Positions 17,958 to 25,920 of a stretch of DNA of 64,000 bases are shown in pieces. How positions within the stretch are numbered: position 1 is the first letter of the stretch; every line of letters starts with the position of its first letter. The notes below the pieces were generated by a model that ran no database searches, had not been told where the DNA came from, and saw only the letters and a program-made list of their open reading frames with translations. The position numbers were made by a program, and so were the translations under genes. Source of the stretch: a virus (Duplodnaviria > Caudoviricetes); the IMG/VR virus record IMGVR_UViG_2928716645_000002, positions 43,985-107,984 of that record. One strand, written 5' to 3'.

Positions 17958-18860
17958 ATGAGCACAATCACGATTTGGACTTGCACCACCGAAGGCGACA
18001 ACTGCGGGACCGAAACGACGGTCCATGCCACGGAAGCCGCGGCGGTGGATTATGTGCGCGGGAGCCTGCGCGATATCCTCAAGCGGAACCCCGAGCGCCT
18101 GGCCGCGATCGAGGCCGCGACCGCAGAGAATATCGCGGAGCTCTGGGAAGACTCCGTTGACGGCCCCTGCATCATCGAAGAGCAGGCCGTTGCGTTGCCG
18201 CCGTTCGCGGTTGCAATCTATGAAACTCGGCACGGCGACGAAACGCGACTCTACCCCAACAGCGACGCGGCGCGCGCCTGGCGCAGCGAGATCGCCGCCG
18301 AGAACTGGGCGGCACGAATGGACGAGGACAAACCAGCCGATCCGGACGAGGTAGCCGAAGCCTATTTTGAGCGCGTCGGAGAGATGCGCGGCGATTTCTT
18401 CCGGCTCGAGGAATTGGAGATTGTCGGCGGCACAGTCCCGGTTGCGCCTGCGCAGGATTGGCGCCAGATCGCGCGCGACCTGGCCGCCGCGCTCGACTCC
18501 TGCACCCATCAGATTGGCCAGATGCGCGGCATGTTCAGCGACGAGGACGGCACAATTTCGGGAGCAGTTTCCGACGCCGAAGACGCAGCCGCAGCCTACC
18601 GCCGGGCGGCCGCCGGCCTCCCGCCTGCGCCCGCGCCACAATTCATCGGACAGGATGACCGCGCTTGCGCGGAAGGCTGGGGGCTGTTCGAGAACAGCGA
18701 CACCGGCAAACTGGAAATTCAGGCCGACGCCGAGTCCTCAATCTTTGTTTGCGACGGCGTGAGCCACGACGACGAAGCCGAGGTCTTCGTAAAGACTCAG
18801 GCAGCCGCGGGCAGCGAGTACCACGCCTTGGCGCTGCTGCGCGTCGGTACCGCGCAATAG
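17958..18860 (+). CDS. Acidic hypothetical protein (300 aa)
   Basis: AAAGGAG SD; visibly D/E-rich. Confidence 0.8.
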   Translation: MSTITIWTCTTEGDNCGTETTVHATEAAAVDYVRGSLRDILKRNPERLAAIEAATAENIAELWEDSVDGPCIIEEQAVALPPFAVAIYETRHGDETRLYPNSDAARAWRSEIAAENWAARMDEDKPADPDEVAEAYFERVGEMRGDFFRLEELEIVGGTVPVAPAQDWRQIARDLAAALDSCTHQIGQMRGMFSDEDGTISGAVSDAEDAAAAYRRAAAGLPPAPAPQFIGQDDRACAEGWGLFENSDTGKLEIQADAESSIFVCDGVSHDDEAEVFVKTQAAAGSEYHALALLRVGTAQ

Positions 18861-18916
18861 TCCCGGCTACGATCGATTTTGCACCCCCGAGCTACGGCCG
18901 ATTTTGCAAACACCGC

Positions 18917-18946
18917 TTGACAGATTCGGCCGACGCAAATTAGAGA
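18917..18946 (+). promoter_or_regulatory. Putative sigma70 promoter
   Basis: TTGACA-18 bp-TAGAGA, between a motif B pair and motif A. Confidence 0.6.
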
Positions 18947-18987
18947 ACCAGCCCTGCGCGATTGTGCGCAAATTGAAAGGACGAGAA

Positions 18988-21135
18988 ATGCAGCATTCCG
19001 CCACCTATTCGCCCGACGATAACAAGCTGCGCCTTTATCCGGCGCACCGCCTCGACGCCGAGGATTACGCGCGCGTGAAGGCCGCCGGCTTCAAGTGGGC
19101 GCCGCGTCAAGAACTGTTCGTCAAACCGACCTGGAGCCCCGGCGCCGAAGACTTGCTGATTGAGATGTGCGGCGAAATCGGCGACGAAGACACCACGCTG
19201 ACCGACCGCGCCGAGCAGCGCGCGGACCGCTTCGAGGAGTACAGCGACAAGCGGCTTTCGGAAGCCAACCGCGCGCGCGAGGCCGTGGACCAGATCGCGG
19301 AGCGGTTTGCGATGGGGCAGCCGATCTTGGTCGGCCATCACTCGGAGAAGAGCGCGCGGCGCGACAAGGAGAAGATGGACGCCGGCATGCGCAAGGCGCT
19401 GAAGCTCTGGGACACCTCGAATTATTGGACTGCGCGCGCGGCCGGCGCAATCGCTCACGCCAAATACAAGGAACTGCCGGCGGTGCGTCATCGCCGCATC
19501 AAGACAATTGAGTCCGACAAGCGGAAGTTGGAACGGCTGCAGGCGGACACTGAACGCCAGCTGAAGGCCTGGCAGATCGTCGCCGACATCACCGACCCGG
19601 AGAAGCAGCGCGCGGCCGGCTTGGCCGTGGCCAACGCGGGCGGCTTTTGGTCGATGTCGTTTCCGCTGGCGGATTATCCGCGCGACCCGCCGGCCTCGCA
19701 GTATGAGGGACCGATGGGGCTTTGGTCGGCGATTGACGGGAACGTCATCACCGCCGCGCAGGCTGCCGCTATCGCGATTCCGAGCCTGGAGCGGTCCGGG
19801 CCTTCGCGAGCCCGTTGGTTGGCCCACTATGACAACCGGCTGGCCTACGAACGCGCGATGCTGGCCGAACAGATCGGCGCCGAGGCCACCGCTAACCCGC
19901 TGGCCGACCGCTTCGCCTTCGCCGTCGGCGGTCAGATTCAGACGCGCCGCGGCGACGAGTGGCTTACGATTGTGAAGGTCAGCAGGGGCGCTAACGGTTC
20001 GGTTTCCAGCATTCAAACCGCGGCCCCCTCAGGATCGCGCGGGCGCGGTGTTTACTGGAAGGTCGAAAGCGTCCGCGACTATCGCGCGCCGACCGCCGAG
20101 AACGTCGCCACGGCGAAGGCAGCCACCAAGCTGCCGCCGCTCTGCAACTATCCCGGCGAGGGATTCCGCGAAATGACGGAGGCCGAATGGAAGGGCCGCC
20201 GGCAGTGGTCGGATTTCTCCTATGTGCGCGGCATTGAGGCAACCGAGACCGCACAGAAGCACCGCGCGCGATTCATGCCGGTACCGGGCAAGATGTGGGA
20301 GCGCCAGCAAGTTTTCATTACGGATGCAAAGCGCGTCGATCCGCCCAGGATCGCGCCGGCAGCCGAGCCGCAGGCGCCCGCGGAATTTGTCGCCGAATAT
20401 GTAGCGCCGCCGGTCGCCGATCTTGACGCCACGCTGGAAGTGGTCGGCGAGATCATGGCGGAGCCGTCGCCGGTTGAGACGGTGCCGGAGGTCGTCCCGG
20501 TTGCGCCCGCGGAGGCGTCGCGCCATCTCCCGGATACGGCCGATTTGCCGGCGCCCTCTTCGGCCGACACGTTCGAGGCCATGCGGGCAATGCTGAAAGG
20601 CGGCGGCGTGCAAGTCGTCGTCGCGCCGCAGTTGTTCCCGACATCGCACGCACTGGCGGGCGACGTCGCAGAGCTCGCCGACATCCGAGACGGGCACCGT
20701 GTGCTTGAGCCTAGCGCCGGCACTGGCGTGTTGATCGAGGCGGCGCGCCGCAATGTCGACGGCTACATCGATATTGTCGCGGTCGAGATCAACCCGACGC
20801 TTGCGCGCGGCCTGGCCGGTCGGTTTCCCGGCGTCAAGGTCATCAACGCCGACTTCCTCGAGGTGGACAGCTCCGAGATGGTCGGGAAGTTCGACCGCAT
20901 CCTGATGAATTCGCCATTCGAACGCGGCGCAGACATCAGACATATCGAGCACGCGCGCACGTTTCTGCGGCCTGGTGGCCGGCTCGTCGCGATCTGCGCG
21001 GACGGTCCACGCCAGCGCGCGAAGTTCGAACCGATCGCGACGGAGTATCGCGCCCTGCCCGCCGGGTCCTTCAAGGCCGCCGGCACAATGGTCAACACGG
21101 CGCTCGTCGTCATCGACGGGCCGCCGCCGGGGTAA
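18988..21135 (+). CDS. DUF3560-domain protein fused to an amino-DNA methyltransferase
   Basis: ATYSPDDNKLRLY and GQPILVGHHSE; C-terminal LFPT, VLEPSAGTG and ILMNSPF. Confidence 0.9.
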   Translation: MQHSATYSPDDNKLRLYPAHRLDAEDYARVKAAGFKWAPRQELFVKPTWSPGAEDLLIEMCGEIGDEDTTLTDRAEQRADRFEEYSDKRLSEANRAREAVDQIAERFAMGQPILVGHHSEKSARRDKEKMDAGMRKALKLWDTSNYWTARAAGAIAHAKYKELPAVRHRRIKTIESDKRKLERLQADTERQLKAWQIVADITDPEKQRAAGLAVANAGGFWSMSFPLADYPRDPPASQYEGPMGLWSAIDGNVITAAQAAAIAIPSLERSGPSRARWLAHYDNRLAYERAMLAEQIGAEATANPLADRFAFAVGGQIQTRRGDEWLTIVKVSRGANGSVSSIQTAAPSGSRGRGVYWKVESVRDYRAPTAENVATAKAATKLPPLCNYPGEGFREMTEAEWKGRRQWSDFSYVRGIEATETAQKHRARFMPVPGKMWERQQVFITDAKRVDPPRIAPAAEPQAPAEFVAEYVAPPVADLDATLEVVGEIMAEPSPVETVPEVVPVAPAEASRHLPDTADLPAPSSADTFEAMRAMLKGGGVQVVVAPQLFPTSHALAGDVAELADIRDGHRVLEPSAGTGVLIEAARRNVDGYIDIVAVEINPTLARGLAGRFPGVKVINADFLEVDSSEMVGKFDRILMNSPFERGADIRHIEHARTFLRPGGRLVAICADGPRQRAKFEPIATEYRALPAGSFKAAGTMVNTALVVIDGPPPG

Positions 21136-21212
21136 TTCCGGCCGCCCTCCCGCTTACGACCGATTTCCCATCCTCCCCTCGGCTACGGCCGATTCCGAAA
21201 GGAGCTTGATTC

Positions 21213-21770
21213 ATGTCCGACCGCTTTACCTCTGAGGAAATGCACCTGCTGAAGCAACTTCAGAACGGCCCGCAGCGCGACCGCGACCGCATACCTGAAC
21301 GTGTTCTCGTCAATAGCGGGATGGCCCGGCGTGCCGATTCTGGGATGATCGAGATCACAAACGCCGGCCGCGCATGGATGGATTTGCCTGACGTCGGCGA
21401 GGAACTCGGCCGCGCTCGCGCCAGCATCCATAGTTTCGACCGCTTCAAGGCAGGCGATCCGGCGCGCAGCATTTTCCGAAAGATGGGCCTTCTGGAGTAT
21501 CTCGATGCGGCGCAGAGCTGGGGGCAGTTGCGGGCGCTCATCGTGCGATTCAACGACCCCGACAAGGGTCACTTCGTGAAGCGAGCCAAGCAATGCGACG
21601 GCGTCTGCAGTTCGGGCGAGCGCGTCTTACTGCATGCCATCCTCTACGTGACCGACTTCGCCTGGCTGGCCGACAAGCTGGGTGGCAAAGAGGTATGGCA
21701 GAACATGAACCGTGCCGGCGGTGAACACCGTGCGGCGGTTGCGGCCTGCATCGGCGCTGAGGTGTACTGA
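21213..21770 (+). CDS. Hypothetical protein
   Basis: AAAGGAG SD; 185 aa. Confidence 0.75.
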   Translation: MSDRFTSEEMHLLKQLQNGPQRDRDRIPERVLVNSGMARRADSGMIEITNAGRAWMDLPDVGEELGRARASIHSFDRFKAGDPARSIFRKMGLLEYLDAAQSWGQLRALIVRFNDPDKGHFVKRAKQCDGVCSSGERVLLHAILYVTDFAWLADKLGGKEVWQNMNRAGGEHRAAVAACIGAEVY

Positions 21771-21771
21771 C

Positions 21772-22050
21772 ATGGCAAGCGCGCAACTGCTAATCGCCGC
21801 CGGCTTCAGGGTCACCACGCGCGCCGAGTTCGACGCCGCCACCGACGTGCCCGCCGGGATGCGCCTGGTGGCCACGCGCATCTTCAAGCGATGGGGCGGC
21901 GACTTCGTGGTGTACGACCCGGCCGGCGGCGATGACGGCTGGCTACTGATCGATTATGATCGCGACCAGATCATCGGCGAGACGATCGAGCACCTCGGGC
22001 GGCTCGCACCGCCCGAGCCGCCGGCGCCGGCACAAGGTTCGCTGTTCTGA
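21772..22050 (+). CDS. Hypothetical protein ending in QGSLF
   Basis: ATG immediately follows the upstream stop. Confidence 0.65.
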   Translation: MASAQLLIAAGFRVTTRAEFDAATDVPAGMRLVATRIFKRWGGDFVVYDPAGGDDGWLLIDYDRDQIIGETIEHLGRLAPPEPPAPAQGSLF

Positions 22051-22094
22051 TACCGGATACGATCGATTTTGAAACTGGAAAGGAGAGAACGCAG

Positions 22095-22544
22095 ATGCAG
22101 CATAGCAACGTGATTAACCGCCTTCTCGGTACCGGCACACTCACATGGGCAAGCGCCGAACGCCGGAGCGACCGTTACGGAACGGTTTATCTGATACCGC
22201 ATCGCCATAACTCCCTCACGCGCAATCCCTCTGTGTCGCTCATCGACGTTGAGGCGGCTCGCGCGTTTGAGGGACGCCGGGGAGACCTGGTCGCGGTTGT
22301 GAAAGAGACACGGGAAAGCACTCACATCGGAGACCTGTTCCGCGGCGTCTCTCCCCGTACGCCGGAGGTCGGCCAAATCATCGCGCTCGGTTCGGGAACG
22401 CTGATTATTGAGCCCGCACCAGAGGGCGGCGTGATGGTCGGCCTTCGACCCGACGACGGTCGCGATAGCGATTGGTTGCGCATCCGGGCGCTCTACGACG
22501 CGCATGAACAGACCGTCGACCTGCACTTCCATCCGACGAAGTGA
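22095..22544 (+). CDS. Hypothetical protein
   Basis: AAAGGAG SD; 149 aa. Confidence 0.75.
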   Translation: MQHSNVINRLLGTGTLTWASAERRSDRYGTVYLIPHRHNSLTRNPSVSLIDVEAARAFEGRRGDLVAVVKETRESTHIGDLFRGVSPRTPEVGQIIALGSGTLIIEPAPEGGVMVGLRPDDGRDSDWLRIRALYDAHEQTVDLHFHPTK

Positions 22545-22554
22545 GGCCGCGGTC

Positions 22555-22929
22555 ATGTCGAGAACCGTCCGCCGCGTGCCCGCCGACTGGCAGCATCCTC
22601 GCAACTCCTCCGGCCGCTACATCCCGCTGGCTTATGCCCTCCCGGATGCGCCCACGCCCTACCCGGCCGCCAGCTATATGCCGGCATGGCCGACCGCGGA
22701 GCGGACGCATTGGCAGTTGTACGAGACCACCAGCGCCGGCACGCCGGTTTCGCCGCCCTGCCCATCGCCCGAGGCTTTGGCCAAATGGCTGGCCGACCAC
22801 CACACGGAGGCCGCGCCGGGATTCACGGGAACTGAGGCGCAATGGCTCGGCGCAATCAAGCGCGGCGGCGTCATCCCGCCGGTGATGTCCGTCGGCAAGC
22901 GCCTGGTCAATCCGCTCGACTACACCTGA
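22555..22929 (+). CDS. Hypothetical phage protein
   Basis: RRVPADWQHP and WQLYETTSAGTPVSP. Confidence 0.75.
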   Translation: MSRTVRRVPADWQHPRNSSGRYIPLAYALPDAPTPYPAASYMPAWPTAERTHWQLYETTSAGTPVSPPCPSPEALAKWLADHHTEAAPGFTGTEAQWLGAIKRGGVIPPVMSVGKRLVNPLDYT

Positions 22930-23022
22930 TCGGCCGGGACTCCCGGCTACGATCGATTTTGTGCTACCCCCTCGGCTACGGCCGATTCCGGGCGACTGTG
23001 CCCAACCGGAAAGGATCCTGAG

Positions 23023-23346
23023 ATGTCACCACCACGATTTGTCCACCGCAAGATCTCGAGCGACGATTTCAAGGCCGAACTGGCCAAGCAGGGCATGTCG
23101 GTGTCGGCGTTCGCGCGGGTCTGGTGCCAGAACCTCTCGACCGTCAGGAAGTGGGCGAACGGCGGGAACGATATCCCGACCTGGGTGCCGATCGCGCTGA
23201 CCATGATGACGCTGCCGAATGCCCACGGGACCGCACGCATGGCGGCCGCGGCGATGATCCAGCAGGACCGGCTGCATCCCGAGCTCGGTGAATTTCCCTA
23301 TCAGAAACTGCGGCAGATGCCGGCGGACGACGAGATCGAGGAATAG
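23023..23346 (+). CDS. Small XRE-type HTH regulator (Aca-like) at the right edge of the island
   Basis: SSDDFKAELAKQGMSVSAFAR..STVRKWANG..IPTWV; preceded by a motif B pair and motif A. Confidence 0.8.
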   Translation: MSPPRFVHRKISSDDFKAELAKQGMSVSAFARVWCQNLSTVRKWANGGNDIPTWVPIALTMMTLPNAHGTARMAAAAMIQQDRLHPELGEFPYQKLRQMPADDEIEE

Positions 23347-23352
23347 CCCCGG

Positions 23353-23568
23353 CTACGATCGATTTTGCGCGCTGCGCCTTTTCTTCGCCGCGCTCCGCTT
23401 CTTCGCCGGTGATCGCTTGGCGGCTGGCATCGGCGTCGACTCCTTTGCCGCTGCGGCAGCCGCAGCGTCCCGAGCATCGAGCTCCCGCTTCTGCGCCTGC
23501 ATCCGCTCGAACCTGGCTTCGCGCTGAGCCCGCAGCGCGTCGGCGCGCGGTGATGGTTCGCGTCCCAT
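23353..23568 (-). CDS. Small basic hypothetical protein
   Basis: TAATG coupling; MGREPSPRADALRAQRE. Confidence 0.55.
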   Translation of the reverse strand: MGREPSPRADALRAQREARFERMQAQKRELDARDAAAAAAAKESTPMPAAKRSPAKKRSAAKKRRSAQNRS

Positions 23569-23843
23569 TAAGCTGGGTCCTCCCATCGGACCGGCGCTTC
23601 GCCGACCTCGAGCATAACCGGCGGGTGCGTGCGCGAGATAATCCGAAGATGCACCGCCGCCCCTGCATTGAGCCGTGCCAGCTCTTCCGCCGTCGGTTTC
23701 CATGCCGACGTTAGCGATGGCAGCGAGTCGTTCAGCACCTCAGCGCGGATCGGGAGATCGAAACATTCACCGTTTCGCTCCTCGTTCCAGTCTTTCGGAG
23801 CGGCCAACACCATGTTGGAGCCGGAGATCTTGGCAATTTCCAT
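23568..23843 (-). CDS. Hypothetical phage protein
   Basis: GGAG SD; APKDW..C..LP and SAWKPTAEELARLNAG. Confidence 0.75.
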   Translation of the reverse strand: MEIAKISGSNMVLAAPKDWNEERNGECFDLPIRAEVLNDSLPSLTSAWKPTAEELARLNAGAAVHLRIISRTHPPVMLEVGEAPVRWEDPA

Positions 23844-23852
23844 TGTGCTCTC

Positions 23853-24197
23853 CTACGATCTCATGCGGTTTGCTCGAGCTTGAATGCCGGCCCGGGTGTT
23901 GTGGCTGTTGCAGGCGCAGCGGCCATTAGCCAGGTCGCGGGCCAGATCCGGGCGATCTCTGACGTCTTGGATGTGATCGGCGTACATCTGGTCGCCACGC
24001 GCCTTGCTGCGCTCGCAGCGGACACCATTCTCAACGTGCTCGCAGCGCCAGCCGGCGCGCTGTTTTACCTTCAACGCCCACTGCTGGTGCTCGACGGTCT
24101 GATAATGCGGGTCCGCCCGCTTCTCCGGAGGCTTCACCTTCCTGGTGTCCAGCGTCGGGACGCGCGGGCTGAGAGACGGAATTCGCGATCGCCTCAT
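23853..24197 (-). CDS. Packaging-type HNH endonuclease
   Basis: VKQRAGWRCE and YADHI..DLANGRCACNSHN. Confidence 0.85.
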   Translation of the reverse strand: MRRSRIPSLSPRVPTLDTRKVKPPEKRADPHYQTVEHQQWALKVKQRAGWRCEHVENGVRCERSKARGDQMYADHIQDVRDRPDLARDLANGRCACNSHNTRAGIQARANRMRS

Positions 24198-24379
24198 TTC
24201 TTTTCTCCCCGCCGCGGTCCGAACATCTTCCGCCCCATCGCGCGCACCATCTCCCGCTGGTCCCAGGTCATGTGGTCGTTGTCGACATCGAGCAGCAAAA
24301 GACCGTATTCCCGCCACACCCGCTGCTTCGTCTCGAGCGGGGTTTCCCGCGTGTTGGGCGCAAACCGTCCGAGCGACAT
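24194..24379 (-). CDS. Hypothetical protein
   Basis: ATGA coupling to the HNH gene. Confidence 0.55.
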   Translation of the reverse strand: MSLGRFAPNTRETPLETKQRVWREYGLLLLDVDNDHMTWDQREMVRAMGRKMFGPRRGEKK

Positions 24380-24390
24380 CGATCCGGCCC

Positions 24391-25296
24391 CTACTTCAGA
24401 AATCCGGCGGCGCCCAACACTCGGCGCGCAGCGCTCCACGTCCGATCGATAATCGTGACGTGATCGTAGACCCCGGCCAAAGCGTTTAACGCAACCTTCA
24501 GTTCGATGTTGCTTGACCGGTGGTCTGGGCCGCCATGCTTGTGCATGTCCTCTGCGCTGGCCTCGTAGCCAATCCGGGCAAGCAAGATTTCGAAATGCCG
24601 CTCACCGAGCCGGCGCTTGGCCTCGTTGAGCCGAGCCTGCGCCTCGAGCGCGATCGTGTGCGAGGGCGAACCGCCGCCGCCGCCGTCGACCTTGTCCTGG
24701 AGCGCGAAGCCTCGCGACCCGTGGAACGTGGCCAGATCGAAGTCGCGCCGGAACCGATCTGCGGCGCTCTGGCGCAGCTTGTCCTCTGGATCGGCAGCGC
24801 CCCGCTTCTTCGACTCGGTCAGATTGAGATGCGAGGCCCGGACGGTGTCGACCATCACGTTGAGCCGCGGGTTTTCCGGATCCGGGATGATGTGCTTGCG
24901 CCGGCCGCTGGCGAGCCGCTCGGCCTCGTCCGCCGCCTTCTGTTCCTTCTTGGTGAGCGGCTTGCCCCAGAGATTCAGCGGGTCGGTCGAGTCGACGGTC
25001 CCGCTCCGGAAACCCTGCTGGAACAGCTTATTCCGATGCAAGGCTTCCTTGACGCGGCGCGCGCCCTCTGTGTCGCGGTCCATCAGGTACTCGACCACGA
25101 GTTCCTGGACGATGCGCTGCCTGCGGCGCGTCTCTTCGAATAGGAGTTGACCTTCGTAAGTCAGCCCCTTGTACGACTCCATCGGTGTGGCTCGACGGAT
25201 ATCGCGCATGAATGCACGGGCGCGGCGATCGCGCGCCTTGTCGACGTGCACCGTCGCAACATCCGTGATCTGTGCTTGAGACATTCCATCCTCCAC
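24391..25296 (-). CDS. DUF6456-like putative late-gene activator
   Basis: AADRFRRDF..VDGGGG..ARLNEAKRRLG..LKVALNALA; sits at the end of the early operon, in a Q-like position. Confidence 0.65.
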   Translation of the reverse strand: MEDGMSQAQITDVATVHVDKARDRRARAFMRDIRRATPMESYKGLTYEGQLLFEETRRRQRIVQELVVEYLMDRDTEGARRVKEALHRNKLFQQGFRSGTVDSTDPLNLWGKPLTKKEQKAADEAERLASGRRKHIIPDPENPRLNVMVDTVRASHLNLTESKKRGAADPEDKLRQSAADRFRRDFDLATFHGSRGFALQDKVDGGGGGSPSHTIALEAQARLNEAKRRLGERHFEILLARIGYEASAEDMHKHGGPDHRSSNIELKVALNALAGVYDHVTIIDRTWSAARRVLGAAGFLK

Positions 25297-25425
25297 GCAG
25301 AATCACGAATAGATTTCGCGGAGGTGATTTGTCTACGATTGCAAGAGGAAAGTTGAAGCGTCATCCACCAGTGCTTTAGAGACGCGGCATACACGACGAC
25401 GGCCGCCGATCGACGCTCGCGGCCT

Positions 25426-25917
25426 TCACATCGTGAACTTGGCACCGAGCTGCCGCAGCATTTCGTAAGGCCCGATGTACTCGACGCCGAACTGCTTGCA
25501 GACATTCGGGATCTTTGGCTTCTTCGACGTCGCATCGACGAGCTGCTCGGCTGTCGCGACGATCATTCCGTCTACCTGGGCTCGGGCGATAAGCCAGGCG
25601 TCGGCCCCTTTGAGGAATTCGCTGGCGTTGTGCTGCGGGTACGTCTTGACGACATATTCCGCTATTGGCTGATACGCGGCCTGAACTGGCGCGGCGGGCG
25701 GCTGGAAGAACTGCGTGCCGTCGCGATCCTTGACCCAATCAGCCAGTTCATCGCCGAAACCAACCATCTCCTCGTAGACGGTGCGGCATGACACGATCCG
25801 GCCAGACGCTGACTCCTTGTCGAGCCAGGTCCAGAATCCCGGCACGATATCCATGGCGTAGGGGCCATTCTGCGCTTGGATGAAAATGTTGCTGTCCAAA
25901 CAATACGGCTTCGGCAT
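25426..25917 (-). CDS. DUF4411-family PIN-like protein
   Basis: YCLDSNIFIQA..PGFW, ADAWLIA and KIPNVC motifs. Confidence 0.9.
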   Translation of the reverse strand: MPKPYCLDSNIFIQAQNGPYAMDIVPGFWTWLDKESASGRIVSCRTVYEEMVGFGDELADWVKDRDGTQFFQPPAAPVQAAYQPIAEYVVKTYPQHNASEFLKGADAWLIARAQVDGMIVATAEQLVDATSKKPKIPNVCKQFGVEYIGPYEMLRQLGAKFTM

Positions 25918-25920
25918 CGA

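Larger units (their letters stand above)
13940..23003 (+). repeat. Motif A: dispersed pre-RBS hairpin GCGCR-AYWG-TGCGC, 9 copies
   Basis: Copies at 13940, 14380, 14548, 15520, 16278, 16539, 17682, 18956 and 22990. Each is followed by AA, an AAAGG/AGAGG Shine-Dalgarno and an ATG. Confidence 0.95.
17619..23366 (+). repeat. Motif B: dispersed intergenic (C/T)CGGCTACGRYCGATT(T/C), 10 copies
   Basis: Copies near 17619, 17923, 18863, 18889, 21151, 21179, 22053, 22943, 22972 and 23349. All lie just after stop codons, with three tandem pairs. Confidence 0.92.

Noticed and set aside
21179-22989. Motif B as CcrM GANTC sites
   Set aside because: Only two of ten copies contain GATTC.
13940-23366. Motifs A and B as a CRISPR array
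   Set aside because: The repeats are 14-18 bp, separated by whole genes at irregular spacing, and there are no cas genes.
13940-23366. Island as a classical integron cassette array
   Set aside because: No recognisable attC R'/R'' boxes and no IntI in the window; the motifs are too short.
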